A DNA stretch of 64,000 bases from an uncultured Atopobium sp. (GCA_938023105.1 CALHDX010000110.1:2274-66273); one strand, 5' to 3'; counted from the first letter of the stretch, positions 1-10,500 are shown. Notes: generated by a model from the sequence alone, not told the origin. Program-made: numbers and translations.

Positions 1-738
1 CATTTCGGAGTAAATGATGTTAGGCGCTGAACAGCAAATTCCCACGTGAACGCGATCAAATTGTTGAGCAAAAGCTGATCCTAGCGCAATCTGTCCTGCA
101 AGAGACTTCTGCCAACCGCGTGTCTTCTTGGCAATGGTGTATTTGCCGTTCTCATCGCAGGTAAGAACAGGTTTGATGTTTAACATGGAACCAATGCGAT
201 AAATTGCCTCAGAAATGCGGCCGCCTTTGCGCAGGTACTCAAGGCTTGGAACGGAGAAGTATACGCGTGTGTTCAGAGAAGCCTGATCAAGTTTGGCGCC
301 AATCTCCTCAAGAGAAAGACCCTGCTCAATAAGACGTTGAGCCTCAATAACAATAAGGCCGGAAGCAATACCAATGTTTTTGGTATCAACAACATAAATA
401 GGGAAGTCTGTAATGGACTCTGCAATCATGCGAGCAGTATCGCAGGTAGCGGAAAGTCCGGAAGAGATAGCAACGTAAACAGCACCCTCGTATCCTGCTG
501 CTTTTGCGTCATCAAAGGCAGCCTTAATGCCCTCAGGAGAAGGAAGTGAAGTCTTTGGAACCTCTTCTTCAAAGCGAGCAACAAGCTCTGCTGGTGTGAT
601 GGTAATGCCAGACTCGTAGGAAGAGCCATCAGAATAGTTAATGCGAAGTGGGGTGATACGAATATTGTGTTCAGCAACAAAATCAGGTGGGACATTAGTT
701 CCTGAGTCTGTGATGATGGCAATTCGCTTAGTGTCCAT
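1..738 (-). CDS. DegV family fatty-acid-binding protein (runs off window start)
   Basis: Manual translation from ATG at 738: MDTKRIAIITDSGTNVP...; later LEYLRKGGRI and LNIKPVL motifs typical of DegV. Confidence 0.9.
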   Translation of the reverse strand, partial: MDTKRIAIITDSGTNVPPDFVAEHNIRITPLRINYSDGSSYESGITITPAELVARFEEEVPKTSLPSPEGIKAAFDDAKAAGYEGAVYVAISSGLSATCDTARMIAESITDFPIYVVDTKNIGIASGLIVIEAQRLIEQGLSLEEIGAKLDQASLNTRVYFSVPSLEYLRKGGRISEAIYRIGSMLNIKPVLTCDENGKYTIAKKTRGWQKSLAGQIALGSAFAQQFDRVHVGICCSAPNIIYSEM

Positions 739-942
739 TATCCGCTCCAAATATATACGTGCTACAAGTAGCTAAACGTTGACTTTCTATTACCCACATT
801 TTACATAGAGATATACCCCGTTTTCTTGAGATATGACAAGTTGCCCTCAACGGTAGGTAGACGGTACACTAGGCATATACATCGAGAAAAACTTTCATAG
901 CTAACGGTCAATACCATTTAGATAAAGAGAGAACGGCAGATA

Positions 943-2313
943 ATGTCTAGTATTTATAGAGAGCCCGCAGTTGTAAGAAGAATTAGTCAGCGCTCTTCTC
1001 TAAAGAAAATCACCTCTAACAGCACTATTGCAGCAGCAGTCATGGTGCTTGCGGCTCTTATTGCACTTGTAGTTGCCAACTCACCTGCTCATGAGGTGGT
1101 TCGAGAAATTCTTGAAGTCCAAATGAGTTTCTCGCTTGGAATGATTCATGCGCATATGGCTCTAGAAACCTTTGTGAATGACTTCCTTATGGCAATCTTC
1201 TTCCTACTTGTAGGCATTGAGCTCAAGTATGAAGTAACTGTTGGCCAGCTCAGAAAGCCAAGACAGGCAATGCTTCCTATGCTTGCGGCTGTTGGTGGCG
1301 TTGCAGTTCCTGCTCTTATTTATCTGGCGCTTAACGCAAGCACTGCCCCTCATGGATGGGCAACACCAATTGCAACCGATATTGCCTTTGCGCTTGGCGT
1401 TATGTCGCTCTTAGGAAACAGAATTAGTCCGCAGACTAAGGTGTTCTTCCAGACACTTGCTATTGCCGACGATATCCTGGCTATTGTGGTCATTGCGCTT
1501 TTCTATGGTCACACGCCAAATATTGCCTGGTTAGCAGCTTCTCTTGGTGTTCTTGTTATTTTGTGGGGAATGAATCGCCTGAAGATTTATTCTTCTGGTC
1601 CTTATTTGCTTGTTGGTTTGGTGCTCTGGGTCTGCATGTACCACTCGGGAATTCATGCAACCCTTGCAGGCGTTCTTCTTGCCTTCTTCTTGCCATCTCA
1701 CTCTGATGTTCGCTTGAGCAAGCTGGGAAGCTGGCTTTCAAGACGCGCTCGTGAGCTTGACGATCACTACGACGATGAGCATCACGTTTTGGGTCAGCAT
1801 GACTTTACACATGGTGCTAACTCTATTGAGCAGGTCATGCACCACGTAACTCCACCGCTTCAGCGTGTTGAGCACTATATTTCCGTCTTTGTAAACTTTG
1901 TTGTTCTGCCTATTTTTGCGTTTGTAAACGCGCAGATTACGTTGGTGGGAGCAGATTTCGTTGCTCTATTGAGCAGCTCTATTGCACATGGCGTTTTCTT
2001 TGGTGCCGTTCTTGGTAAGCCACTAGGAATTATTTTTGTAACGTTGTTGCTGGTCAAATGTAAGATTTGCAAGCTTCCTGCAAAAGTTGATTGGATTCAG
2101 ATTACTGCCGTAGGTCTTATGGGCGGCCTTGGCTTTACCATGTCAATTCTTATCTCTAATCTTGCATTCCCCGATGCAGAGGAGATTCTTGCAGCTAAAG
2201 TAGCCGTTCTTGCTGCATCATTTGCTTCAGCTATCTTGGGCCTACTTTTTGTACATATCGCAGAGTTTCACAAGCGTCAAAAGAACAGCAATATAAAGGA
2301 AGACAGCGAGTAA
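943..2313 (+). CDS. nhaA: Na+/H+ antiporter NhaA
   Basis: NDFLMAIFFLLVGIELK, ATDIAFALG, LAIADD and GLGFTMS motifs; many TM segments. Confidence 0.95.
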   Translation: MSSIYREPAVVRRISQRSSLKKITSNSTIAAAVMVLAALIALVVANSPAHEVVREILEVQMSFSLGMIHAHMALETFVNDFLMAIFFLLVGIELKYEVTVGQLRKPRQAMLPMLAAVGGVAVPALIYLALNASTAPHGWATPIATDIAFALGVMSLLGNRISPQTKVFFQTLAIADDILAIVVIALFYGHTPNIAWLAASLGVLVILWGMNRLKIYSSGPYLLVGLVLWVCMYHSGIHATLAGVLLAFFLPSHSDVRLSKLGSWLSRRARELDDHYDDEHHVLGQHDFTHGANSIEQVMHHVTPPLQRVEHYISVFVNFVVLPIFAFVNAQITLVGADFVALLSSSIAHGVFFGAVLGKPLGIIFVTLLLVKCKICKLPAKVDWIQITAVGLMGGLGFTMSILISNLAFPDAEEILAAKVAVLAASFASAILGLLFVHIAEFHKRQKNSNIKEDSE

Positions 2314-2323
2314 AAATATAGAC

Positions 2324-2608
2324 CTAATGAGACGTACGGATCTTTCTATCCTTGACTATTAAAATGCAGAGCCCCACAAAATAATACGCAGAAGTTATTA
2401 AAAAACTGGCACGTAGAATGTTCACTCCGCCTATTGAGGCATCTTGCCCTGCAGGAGAGAGACACATCGAGACAATGGTGAATAGCCATATAAGAAGTAA
2501 ACAAATATTGACTATCTTATTAATAAGATAAGCTATTGGAGTAGAAGCATCAAAAAATATACCTCTATTAAAGATACTAATGAAAAAATCTTTCCAAGAG
2601 TCATACAT
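2324..2608 (-). CDS. Small AT-rich hypothetical membrane protein
   Basis: 94-aa ORF with two hydrophobic stretches; GGAGG RBS upstream. Confidence 0.6.
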   Translation of the reverse strand: MYDSWKDFFISIFNRGIFFDASTPIAYLINKIVNICLLLIWLFTIVSMCLSPAGQDASIGGVNILRASFLITSAYYFVGLCILIVKDRKIRTSH

Positions 2609-2685
2609 GACGAGCCTCCAACTTGTTAGAAAAAGACCCCATATATATGCAATTTTATCACTTATATAAAATCAATAAACTATGG

Positions 2686-2955
2686 TTACTCAACCGTGCC
2701 ATAGGTAAAGCCCCAACCGTGCGCCGTAACAATTGAGTTAATCTGATCGCAGAGGCGAGCACGGACATATGTGCCAGAGGGAATCAACTCAATAACTTCT
2801 TGCAAATCTTCTTCAAGATCGTCTACTTCAGCTTGAATCAGCACGTCAACCTTAGTGACTGTGCCCGAAGGCTTGCGCTTATAAAGATTATCAACAAGGT
2901 GCTGGAGTTCGCCATATGCCTCCGAGCGCATGCCAGGCTGTGCAGAATTTGCCAT
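2686..2955 (-). CDS. Hypothetical protein
   Basis: ATG at 2955 preceded by AAGGAG; divergent from aminotransferase. Confidence 0.65.
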   Translation of the reverse strand: MANSAQPGMRSEAYGELQHLVDNLYKRKPSGTVTKVDVLIQAEVDDLEEDLQEVIELIPSGTYVRARLCDQINSIVTAHGWGFTYGTVE

Positions 2956-3027
2956 GATTCTCCTTGTCGCGTCGATTTTCAAATCACCTATACTTTGTAT
3001 CACGCAGAGACCGAAAAGGGGAGTGTC

Positions 3028-4419
3028 ATGTTTGAGCTAGTTTCTCGCGAGCTGTTCCAGCCAAAATCAACCTCTGAGCAAAACGCTTATCAGAAGATGA
3101 GCGATGCTGAGCTTAACCAGGCCCTTGAGCTTATTGGACAAGAAGCTCGTGCACTTGGCGAGAAAAACCTCAAGCTTGATATGGCTCGCGGAAAGCCAAG
3201 CCTTGCGCAGACGGCGCTGTCTAAGCCTATGCTTGATGAGCTGAACTCTGCTTCTGACCTAACTGACAACGGCTCTTTTGCAGACAACTATGGAGACCCT
3301 TGGGGTCTTCCTTCTGCGCGAGCTTTCGCTGCAGAGCTCACAGGTGTACCTGCTGATCAGGTCATCGTAAACGGCTCTTCAAGCCTTAACCTTATGCACG
3401 ACATTATTTCTCATGCCGTAACCCACGGTCTTTCTGGTCAGCCTTCTTGGGCAGAGCAAATGGCGGCTGCAAAGGCTCAGGGTACCACGCTCAAGTTCCT
3501 GTGCCCTGCTCCAGGCTATGACCGTCATTTTGCTATTACACAGCATTACGGATTTGAAAATGTTGCAGTACCTATGACTGAAGACGGTCCAAATATGGAC
3601 GTGGTCAAGGAGCTTGTTGAGAACGACAGCTCTGTTAAGGGAATTTGGTGCGTACCACGTTTTGCAAACCCTACCGGTATCACCTATTCAGACGATGTTG
3701 TTCGTGCGTTTGCAAACCTCAAACCTGCAGCTCCTGACTTTAGAATCTTTTGGGATAACGCCTACGCAATTCACGCCTTTGTACCAGAATCTGAGGCTCC
3801 TCAGCTCTTGAATATCTTTGACGCACTTGCAGAGGCTGCCGCAAACGATGCTCAAAAGAACCTGGTGATTGCTTTTGCCTCAACGGCAAAGGTAACCTTC
3901 CCAAGCTCAGGCATGGCATGGGTTGCCGCAAGCCCTGCGGACATTAAAGAAATCCAGAGCGCTTTCAAGGTTGCTCGTGTTTCTCCCGAGAAGATCTCTC
4001 AGCTGGCGCATGTACGTTTCCTCAAAGATGCTCGAGGCATTGCAGAACATATGCAAAAGCATGCTGAGTTGCTCAGACCACGTTTTGAACTGGTTGAGCG
4101 CAAGCTGCAGGAAGGACTGGGCGATTTAGCTGTTGCAACCTGGTCTCATCCAAAGGGCGGCTACTTTGTCTCATTTGATGGTCCTGTTGGCTCTGCGCGT
4201 GCAATTGTTTCTCGCGCACATGAGCTTGGCGTTACTATGACACCTGCAGGTGCTACGTGGCCAAGTGGCAAGGACCCCTTTGACACTAATATCAGAATTG
4301 CTCCAAGTTACCCAACGCTGGAAGAGCTTGATGCAGCGCTTGATGTCTTTATTGTTGCTGTTAAACAGGTAAGTGCTCGACTAGCAAAAGTTGATCGTGG
4401 ACAGAGCGTCTGGGGATAG
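3028..4419 (+). CDS. PLP-dependent class I/II aminotransferase (actinobacterial aspartate aminotransferase-like)
   Basis: LDMARGKPS, PGYDRHF, NPTG, WDNAY, FASTAK (PLP Lys), IRIAPS; GGGAG RBS before ATG 3028. Confidence 0.85.
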   Translation: MFELVSRELFQPKSTSEQNAYQKMSDAELNQALELIGQEARALGEKNLKLDMARGKPSLAQTALSKPMLDELNSASDLTDNGSFADNYGDPWGLPSARAFAAELTGVPADQVIVNGSSSLNLMHDIISHAVTHGLSGQPSWAEQMAAAKAQGTTLKFLCPAPGYDRHFAITQHYGFENVAVPMTEDGPNMDVVKELVENDSSVKGIWCVPRFANPTGITYSDDVVRAFANLKPAAPDFRIFWDNAYAIHAFVPESEAPQLLNIFDALAEAAANDAQKNLVIAFASTAKVTFPSSGMAWVAASPADIKEIQSAFKVARVSPEKISQLAHVRFLKDARGIAEHMQKHAELLRPRFELVERKLQEGLGDLAVATWSHPKGGYFVSFDGPVGSARAIVSRAHELGVTMTPAGATWPSGKDPFDTNIRIAPSYPTLEELDAALDVFIVAVKQVSARLAKVDRGQSVWG

Positions 4420-4507
4420 CTTGTGTAACTTTGGTATTTACTTTGAAAGTAAGCCCATTCTGCCGTATCTTGATTAACTATGTTTAGAAAAAGCGATTGG
4501 ATGTTGA

Positions 4508-5284
4508 ATGCCAACTAATACTTCAAAGCCAGAACTTACACCAGAACAGAAGGCAGAAAAAGAGCTGGTTGCTATGGCAAACCAGACCGCAAAAAAGAAG
4601 GCAAAGGACCGCAAGCCCGATGAGGCTCCTAAAAAACCAGGTCCCTCTACAGGCATGAAGATTGCTATTGGAGTATTCTCGCTCTTTATTGCTATTTCTA
4701 TGATGTTGCCTTCCCTGGCCAGCATTTTCTCTAACTCTCAAAAGCAGAATCAGACTCATCAGAATTCTCCTGAGGCTATTAACCAGGTCTATCAGAAACA
4801 GGCAGAAGAAAAAGAGTCTGCTATTCAGTCCAATCCAGATAATCTACCAGCACATCTTGATTTGGCTCGTACGTATCTAGGTTGGGGAATGGCGCTTAAA
4901 AGTTCTTCTCAAGATGACTCTGTTCAGAAGCAGTCTTTACAGCTGATTAACAAGGCAATCGCTGAGTACGATACGTATCTTGCTTCAAATGATTCTGATG
5001 AGGTTCGTGTTGATAGGGCTATTGCGCAGTTCTATGCAGGAGACCAAACAGGCGCCGTTGAGGCGCTTAAGGCAGTAACAGATCGCTCTCCAGACTATGC
5101 TAACGGTTGGCTTAATTTGGGAATGATGTATCGTGTTACTGATCAAGTAGATCTTGCAAAAGAGGCACTGCAGAAGGCAATTGAGAAAGATTCCGATAAT
5201 AGCGCCGGTGTGAGGGATAATGCACAGAAAGTTCTTGATGCATTAAACGGAAACACCTCTACCTCTTCAAATAACACTAAGTAA
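4508..5284 (+). CDS. Membrane-anchored TPR-repeat protein
   Basis: One TM helix followed by TPR-like helices (YANGWLNLGMMY..., AKEALQKAIEKD). Confidence 0.75.
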   Translation: MPTNTSKPELTPEQKAEKELVAMANQTAKKKAKDRKPDEAPKKPGPSTGMKIAIGVFSLFIAISMMLPSLASIFSNSQKQNQTHQNSPEAINQVYQKQAEEKESAIQSNPDNLPAHLDLARTYLGWGMALKSSSQDDSVQKQSLQLINKAIAEYDTYLASNDSDEVRVDRAIAQFYAGDQTGAVEALKAVTDRSPDYANGWLNLGMMYRVTDQVDLAKEALQKAIEKDSDNSAGVRDNAQKVLDALNGNTSTSSNNTK

Positions 5285-5293
5285 GGAGGAGTT

Positions 5294-5605
5294 ATGGCAC
5301 TAGAGATAAGCTCTGAAATTACAGATGAAAAGGCCATTATTCGCATTGAGGGCGAGGTAGACGTATCAAACGCCTCTGAGCTTCGCGATGCTTTGGATAC
5401 CGCGCTCGCCGATGGAGCAAAAGAAGTTGAAGCTGATTTTGCTGAGGTAGCTTATATTGATTCGACGGGCATTGGCGTTTTAGTGGGTGCCGCACATCGA
5501 GCACAAGAGAGTGGTTCTGTGCTTGTTGTTGCAAATCCTCAGAAAAACGTGGAGCGTGTCTTTACGCTTCTTGGGGTTGATAAAGACCTTAACGTTCGCA
5601 AGTAG
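5294..5605 (+). CDS. STAS-domain anti-sigma factor antagonist
   Basis: GEVDVSNA and YIDSTGIGVLV (phosphoacceptor Ser) motifs; AGGAGG RBS. Confidence 0.9.
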   Translation: MALEISSEITDEKAIIRIEGEVDVSNASELRDALDTALADGAKEVEADFAEVAYIDSTGIGVLVGAAHRAQESGSVLVVANPQKNVERVFTLLGVDKDLNVRK

Positions 5606-5679
5606 GTTTGGTAACTTGTAAGCTCTTTGAGAAACGGTTCAAAGAGCTTGTTTATGTTTGTTCCAGAAAGGTATTGCTT

Positions 5680-6291
5680 GTGTTTGGCATTGGAGAAACA
5701 GAGCTCGTACTAATTTTGCTCTTTGCATTTTTAGTATTTGGTCCTGATAAATTACCTGGTATGGGTCGCACGCTTGGCCGCGCTCTTAGACAGTTCCAGA
5801 ACGCGCAAGAAGGCTTTAATAAAGTTGTCCGTGCAGACTTACTTGACCCTGCAGCGGATGCACTTCACGAGAAGCCCAAGCGCTCCGAGCAGCTCAAAAA
5901 TGCTGCATCTGATGCTGATCGCGAGGATACTGACCATCAGGAGACCTTTGCTGAGCGTCGTGCTCGCCTCAAGGAGGAGCGCGAGGCAGCTGAGAAGGCA
6001 GCTGCTGAGCAGAGTAAGCAAGCTGAGCAGACCCAGGAGGTTGAGCAGGCGGAGACCGCTTCTGCAGAAGAGGCTCCTGCAGCTGCATCACAAGCTACTT
6101 CTTCTACTGGCTTCTCTGGCGATTCTTCAGAGGTAGCTGAGCACGTAGCACCTCAGGCCACAGAATATGCCCCCGCAGCAGCTCCATCTGCAAAAGACCT
6201 CTATAACCTTGGATCTGCACGTTCTTCTCGCTCTATGGCAGAAGACAAGAAAGAAGATGCTGGAGAGGAGGGAGAAAGCCAGGACGCATAA
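5680..6291 (+). CDS. tatB: Twin-arginine translocase TatA/TatB family subunit
   Basis: GTG start; FGIGETELVLILLFAFLVFGPDKLP; long acidic tail; adjacent to tatC. Confidence 0.85.
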   Translation: MFGIGETELVLILLFAFLVFGPDKLPGMGRTLGRALRQFQNAQEGFNKVVRADLLDPAADALHEKPKRSEQLKNAASDADREDTDHQETFAERRARLKEEREAAEKAAAEQSKQAEQTQEVEQAETASAEEAPAAASQATSSTGFSGDSSEVAEHVAPQATEYAPAAAPSAKDLYNLGSARSSRSMAEDKKEDAGEEGESQDA

Positions 6292-6309
6292 GTCCAGCTT
6301 TCGCGTGTA

Positions 6310-7098
6310 ATGCCTATTACTCCAGCTCGTATGCCACTTTTTGACCACCTGGGAGAACTCCGTCGCCGCGTGACCATTGTGGTGGTATCGCTATTTGTTA
6401 CGGCAATCATTATTTATTTTGCAACACCTGCATTGATTGAGATTTTGATTGACCCTATCAGGGAGTTTTTGACCGATGGTAAGCTTACGGTTATCTCGGT
6501 TCTTGGCGGCTTTAGTATCAGGTTTAAGGTGGCTTTCTTCTTCTCGGTGATTATCTGCACACCTATTATCATCTGGGAGATTATGGCATTCTTCTTGCCA
6601 GCGCTTAACGCTAAAGAGCGTAAATGGGTTGTTCCTACCGTAGCTGCCATGATTACCCTGTTTTTCTTGGGTATGCTGTTCTGCTACTTTGTCATTTTGA
6701 ACACAGCTATTGGTTGGATGATTGGTCAGTCGCAGGAGTTTGCAGGAACCATTAACGAGGCAAGCGATTATCTCAATATTATTATGATGTTCGAGATTGG
6801 TTTTGGTCTTGCGTTCCAGCTTCCACTGGTCATTTTCTACCTGGCCATTCTTCACCTTGTTCCTTACAAGGATATGCGCGAGCAGTGGCGTTACGTCTAT
6901 GTTGGCCTGATGATTCTCTCTGCAGTAGTCACTCCTGACGCATCTCCTGTCACCATGGTTTTGATGTTTGCTGCTCTTATTCTGTTGTATGAAGTTGCTC
7001 TGGCTGTTGCTCGTTATGTCATCATTGCTCGCGATGGAAAAGCTGCTCTTAAGTGGAGCCGCGAGGACTACGAGCAGCATGAGCTGGACAAAATCTAG
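6310..7098 (+). CDS. tatC: Twin-arginine translocase TatC
   Basis: MPLFDHLGELRRR, FQLP, AVVTPD motifs; about 6 TM. Confidence 0.95.
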   Translation: MPITPARMPLFDHLGELRRRVTIVVVSLFVTAIIIYFATPALIEILIDPIREFLTDGKLTVISVLGGFSIRFKVAFFFSVIICTPIIIWEIMAFFLPALNAKERKWVVPTVAAMITLFFLGMLFCYFVILNTAIGWMIGQSQEFAGTINEASDYLNIIMMFEIGFGLAFQLPLVIFYLAILHLVPYKDMREQWRYVYVGLMILSAVVTPDASPVTMVLMFAALILLYEVALAVARYVIIARDGKAALKWSREDYEQHELDKI

Positions 7099-7131
7099 TA
7101 ATTCCGCTTTTACTTTGGAGAGTGTTGTTCT

Positions 7132-9645
7132 TTGATTCTAGTTGTTACCGAGAAAAACGACGCAGCGCAGCAGATTGCTCGCCTTTTGTCTGAATCGGGT
7201 AAGCCTGAGGCAGACAAGGTATACAACACTCCTGTTTATCGTTTTAGACGTGGCGGAGAAGACCATGTTGCTATTGGTCTTCGCGGTCATATTCTTCAGC
7301 CAGATTTTCCTCTTGCGCTCAAGTTTGACAAAGAAGAGGGTTGGTACGGAGAAACTGCAGAAGGGGAGCATCTTCCTGCAGACGTTCCAGATGGTCTTGA
7401 GCGTCCTCCTTACAAGGTTAAGCGCAAGCCTTTTATGGCAGATGGCGTTGATCTTAAGGGTTGGAAAATCCCCAGCTTGCCTTATTTGATTTGGGCTCCT
7501 GTAGATAAACAACCTGCAGAAAAAGAGATTATTCGCGCCCTCAAGAACCTTGCTAAGAAGGCAGAGTCTGTCATTATCGGCACAGACTTTGACCGCGAAG
7601 GTGAGCTTATTGGTTCTGATGCGCTTGCTCAGGTTCTCTCTGTTAACCCTAACTTGGCAGTGTTCCGTGCTCGCTACTCTGCCTTTACCAAGACAGAGAT
7701 TGAGACCGCCTTCAATAACCTGGTAGACCTTGATTACAACTTGGCTGCAGCAGGTGAGTCCAGGCAGTATATCGACCTCATTTGGGGTGCTGTGCTGACC
7801 CGTTACCTGACCACCGCGCGCTTTGGCGGCCTGGGCAATACGCGTTCTGCTGGTCGTGTTCAGACTCCTACGTTGGCACTTGTTGTTGAGCGCGAGCGCG
7901 AGCGTCTGGCATTTAAGCCAGAAGATTATTGGGTTATTTCTGGTGTTGCTGCTCCAGAAGATGATGCGGAAGCAACCTTCAAGATGGTTCACCAGACCGC
8001 AAGGTTCTGGGATCAAGCTGAAGCAGACGCAGCTTACGCCGTTGTTAAAGATCAGACGCAGGCAACGGTTGTCGAGATTGAGTCTCGTAGCAGAAAGCAG
8101 CAGCCACCAGCTCCGTTTAACACCACGTCGCTCCAGGCGGCTGCAGCTGCAGAGGGTATCTCGCCAGCTAGAACTATGCGTTTGGCAGAGTCTCTGTACA
8201 TGGACGGCTTGATTTCATACCCTCGTGTTGATAACACCGTTTATCCAAGTTCGCTTGACTTGAAGGACTGTGTCCGTACGCTGTCTGCAGTTCCTCAGTA
8301 TGCTCCTACCTGCAAAAAGCTTTTGGGCCAGCCAAAGCTTCATGCCACTCGTGGTAAGCAGGAGTCTACTGACCACCCACCAATTTATCCAACAGCAGCA
8401 GCAAATCCAGATGCTTTGCAGCCTGCAGCTTGGAAGCTCTATAACTTGATTGCTCGAAGGTTCCTCGCAACTCTTATGGGTCCGGCTACTATGAGCGGTA
8501 CCAAGATTACGCTTGATGTTGCTGGTCAGCCCTTTGTTGCAAATGGAACCGTACTGGCTGAGCCAGGCTTTAGAGAGATTTATCCCTTTGGCCTTAAGAA
8601 GGACGATCAGATTCCTGATGTGGGCGAGGGAGAGATTGTCTCCATTCAGTCTCTGTCGCTTGATGCTAAGCAGACAGAGCCACCTGCTCGTTATAGCCAG
8701 GGAAAGCTTATTCAAGAGATGGAGAAGCGCGGCCTAGGTACAAAGTCCACGCGTGCCTCCATTATTGATACGCTTTACCAGCGTAAATACCTTAAGAACG
8801 ATCCTGTTGAGCCAAGCCAGCTTGGTATGGCAATTGTTGATGCACTTTCGCAGTTTGCACCACACATTACCTCGCCTGATATGACGGCAGAACTTGAGTC
8901 CGATATGACAAGCGTTGCTGAGGGCAAAGATACGCGTGATGGCGTTGTTACACACTCAAGAGCCCTGCTTGCAGGCATGATTGATACGCTTATTGACCAC
9001 AAAGAAGACCTGTCTGAGGCTATTGCTGATGCAGTTACTGCTGACGCAAAGGTGGGAACCTGCCCTAAGTGCGGCAAAGACTTGGTTGCTAAGAGCTCTC
9101 TGAAGACTCGTGGAAGCTTTGTGGGCTGCATGGGCTGGCCAGACTGCGATGTCACCTATCCGCTGCCTCAGGGTCGCGTAGAGCCGCTTGAGGGAGACGC
9201 TGGAGTCTGTCCAGAGTGTGGCGCTCCTCGCGTAAAGGTCCAGCCGTTTAGACAACGTGCCTATGAGACTTGCATCAATCCAGCTTGTCCTACAAATGCG
9301 GAGCCAGATCTTATTGTGGGTGAGTGCCCAACCTGTAAGGCAAATGGCAAGCATGGGGATCTGGTAGCTCATAAGTCAGAGCGTACGGGCAAGCGTTTTA
9401 TTCGCTGCACCAACTATGAGGAGTGCGAGACTAGCTATCCTCTGCCTGCTCGCGGAAAGCTCGAGAAGACCGATGAAGTCTGCCCAGACTGCGGTGCTCC
9501 TATGGTGGTTGTTACTACTCAGCGTGGTCCTTGGAAACTCTGTCCAAACTACGACTGCCCTGGTAAAGAAAAGAAAACTGCCCCGCGTAGAGGCGCTCGT
9601 AAGAGTACAAAGAGCGCCAAATCCACCAAGGCAGCAAAAAAGTAA
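7132..9645 (+). CDS. topA: Type IA DNA topoisomerase with C-terminal zinc ribbons
   Basis: TEK Toprim start, TDFDREGE, SAGRVQTPTL, ISYPR catalytic Tyr, GLGTKSTRA, several CxxC ribbons. Confidence 0.92.
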   Translation: MILVVTEKNDAAQQIARLLSESGKPEADKVYNTPVYRFRRGGEDHVAIGLRGHILQPDFPLALKFDKEEGWYGETAEGEHLPADVPDGLERPPYKVKRKPFMADGVDLKGWKIPSLPYLIWAPVDKQPAEKEIIRALKNLAKKAESVIIGTDFDREGELIGSDALAQVLSVNPNLAVFRARYSAFTKTEIETAFNNLVDLDYNLAAAGESRQYIDLIWGAVLTRYLTTARFGGLGNTRSAGRVQTPTLALVVERERERLAFKPEDYWVISGVAAPEDDAEATFKMVHQTARFWDQAEADAAYAVVKDQTQATVVEIESRSRKQQPPAPFNTTSLQAAAAAEGISPARTMRLAESLYMDGLISYPRVDNTVYPSSLDLKDCVRTLSAVPQYAPTCKKLLGQPKLHATRGKQESTDHPPIYPTAAANPDALQPAAWKLYNLIARRFLATLMGPATMSGTKITLDVAGQPFVANGTVLAEPGFREIYPFGLKKDDQIPDVGEGEIVSIQSLSLDAKQTEPPARYSQGKLIQEMEKRGLGTKSTRASIIDTLYQRKYLKNDPVEPSQLGMAIVDALSQFAPHITSPDMTAELESDMTSVAEGKDTRDGVVTHSRALLAGMIDTLIDHKEDLSEAIADAVTADAKVGTCPKCGKDLVAKSSLKTRGSFVGCMGWPDCDVTYPLPQGRVEPLEGDAGVCPECGAPRVKVQPFRQRAYETCINPACPTNAEPDLIVGECPTCKANGKHGDLVAHKSERTGKRFIRCTNYEECETSYPLPARGKLEKTDEVCPDCGAPMVVVTTQRGPWKLCPNYDCPGKEKKTAPRRGARKSTKSAKSTKAAKK

Positions 9646-9652
9646 ACGTATG

Positions 9653-9680
9653 ACGGTGCATCGAGAGGTGCACCGTTTTC
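9653..9680 (+). terminator. Probable intrinsic terminator after topA
   Basis: ACGGTGCA-N8-TGCACCGT stem followed by TTT. Confidence 0.6.
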
Positions 9681-9833
9681 GGAAGAACGAGCGCCCCTCT
9701 CCAACGCCCGCTCCATACGTATTTTTACCCATTTTTGAACGCTTTTCATGTGGAAATGCGCAAAACCTTTAGAATATTCATGGCGAGAAACACAATCTGC
9801 CTGTATCGTGAGATAGTTAAGAGGGAGGGAAGC

Positions 9834-10493
9834 ATGAACAAAGACGCACGTACATCACAAGGCTTGTTTATCACGCTTGAAGGCGTTGATGGCTGTGGCA
9901 AGTCAACACAAGCTTCTCTTCTGCGAGAAGATCTTGAAGTTCTTGGCTTTGATGTGGTCTTTGTTCGTGAACCTGGTGGAACTGCTATTTCTGAGCAGAT
10001 TAGAGGCGTGGTACTTAATCCAGAAAACGGCATGATGTGCGATGAGTGTGAGCTGTTGCTCTATGAAGCAAGTCGTGCCCAGTTGGTAGGAGAGGTTATC
10101 CGACCAGCTCTAGCTGCGGGCAAAGTTGTCTTGTGTGATCGCTTCTATGACTCTACGTATGCCTATCAAGCAGCTGGCCGCGGTCTTGACGCAGACCTCG
10201 TTCATCGTGCAAATCGTTTGGGAAGCTGTGGGGTTTCTCCTGATAGAACTCTTGTCTTTATGCTTGAGCCAACAGTTGCTCATGCGCGTGCTACGCAAAA
10301 TGATGCCGATAGGCTAGAAGCAGAAGGTGTTGCCTTCCAGGAGCGTGTTTTTTCTGGTTATAAGCAACTTCTGCAAAATGAGCCAGAGCGTGTAAAAGCT
10401 GTAGATGCAGATGGCACAATTGATGAGGTTCGTGCACGTACTCGCCAGCTGTTAGCTGATCTTATCCCAGGCATCTGTGAGCTTGGTGAGTGA
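9834..10493 (+). CDS. tmk: Thymidylate kinase
   Basis: EGVDGCGKST P-loop, REPGG, CDRF. Confidence 0.95.
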   Translation: MNKDARTSQGLFITLEGVDGCGKSTQASLLREDLEVLGFDVVFVREPGGTAISEQIRGVVLNPENGMMCDECELLLYEASRAQLVGEVIRPALAAGKVVLCDRFYDSTYAYQAAGRGLDADLVHRANRLGSCGVSPDRTLVFMLEPTVAHARATQNDADRLEAEGVAFQERVFSGYKQLLQNEPERVKAVDADGTIDEVRARTRQLLADLIPGICELGE

Positions 10494-10500
10494 TACGTTC

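Noticed and set aside
6391..8016. Long antisense ORFs over tatC and topA
   Set aside because: Opposite well-supported genes; no motifs.
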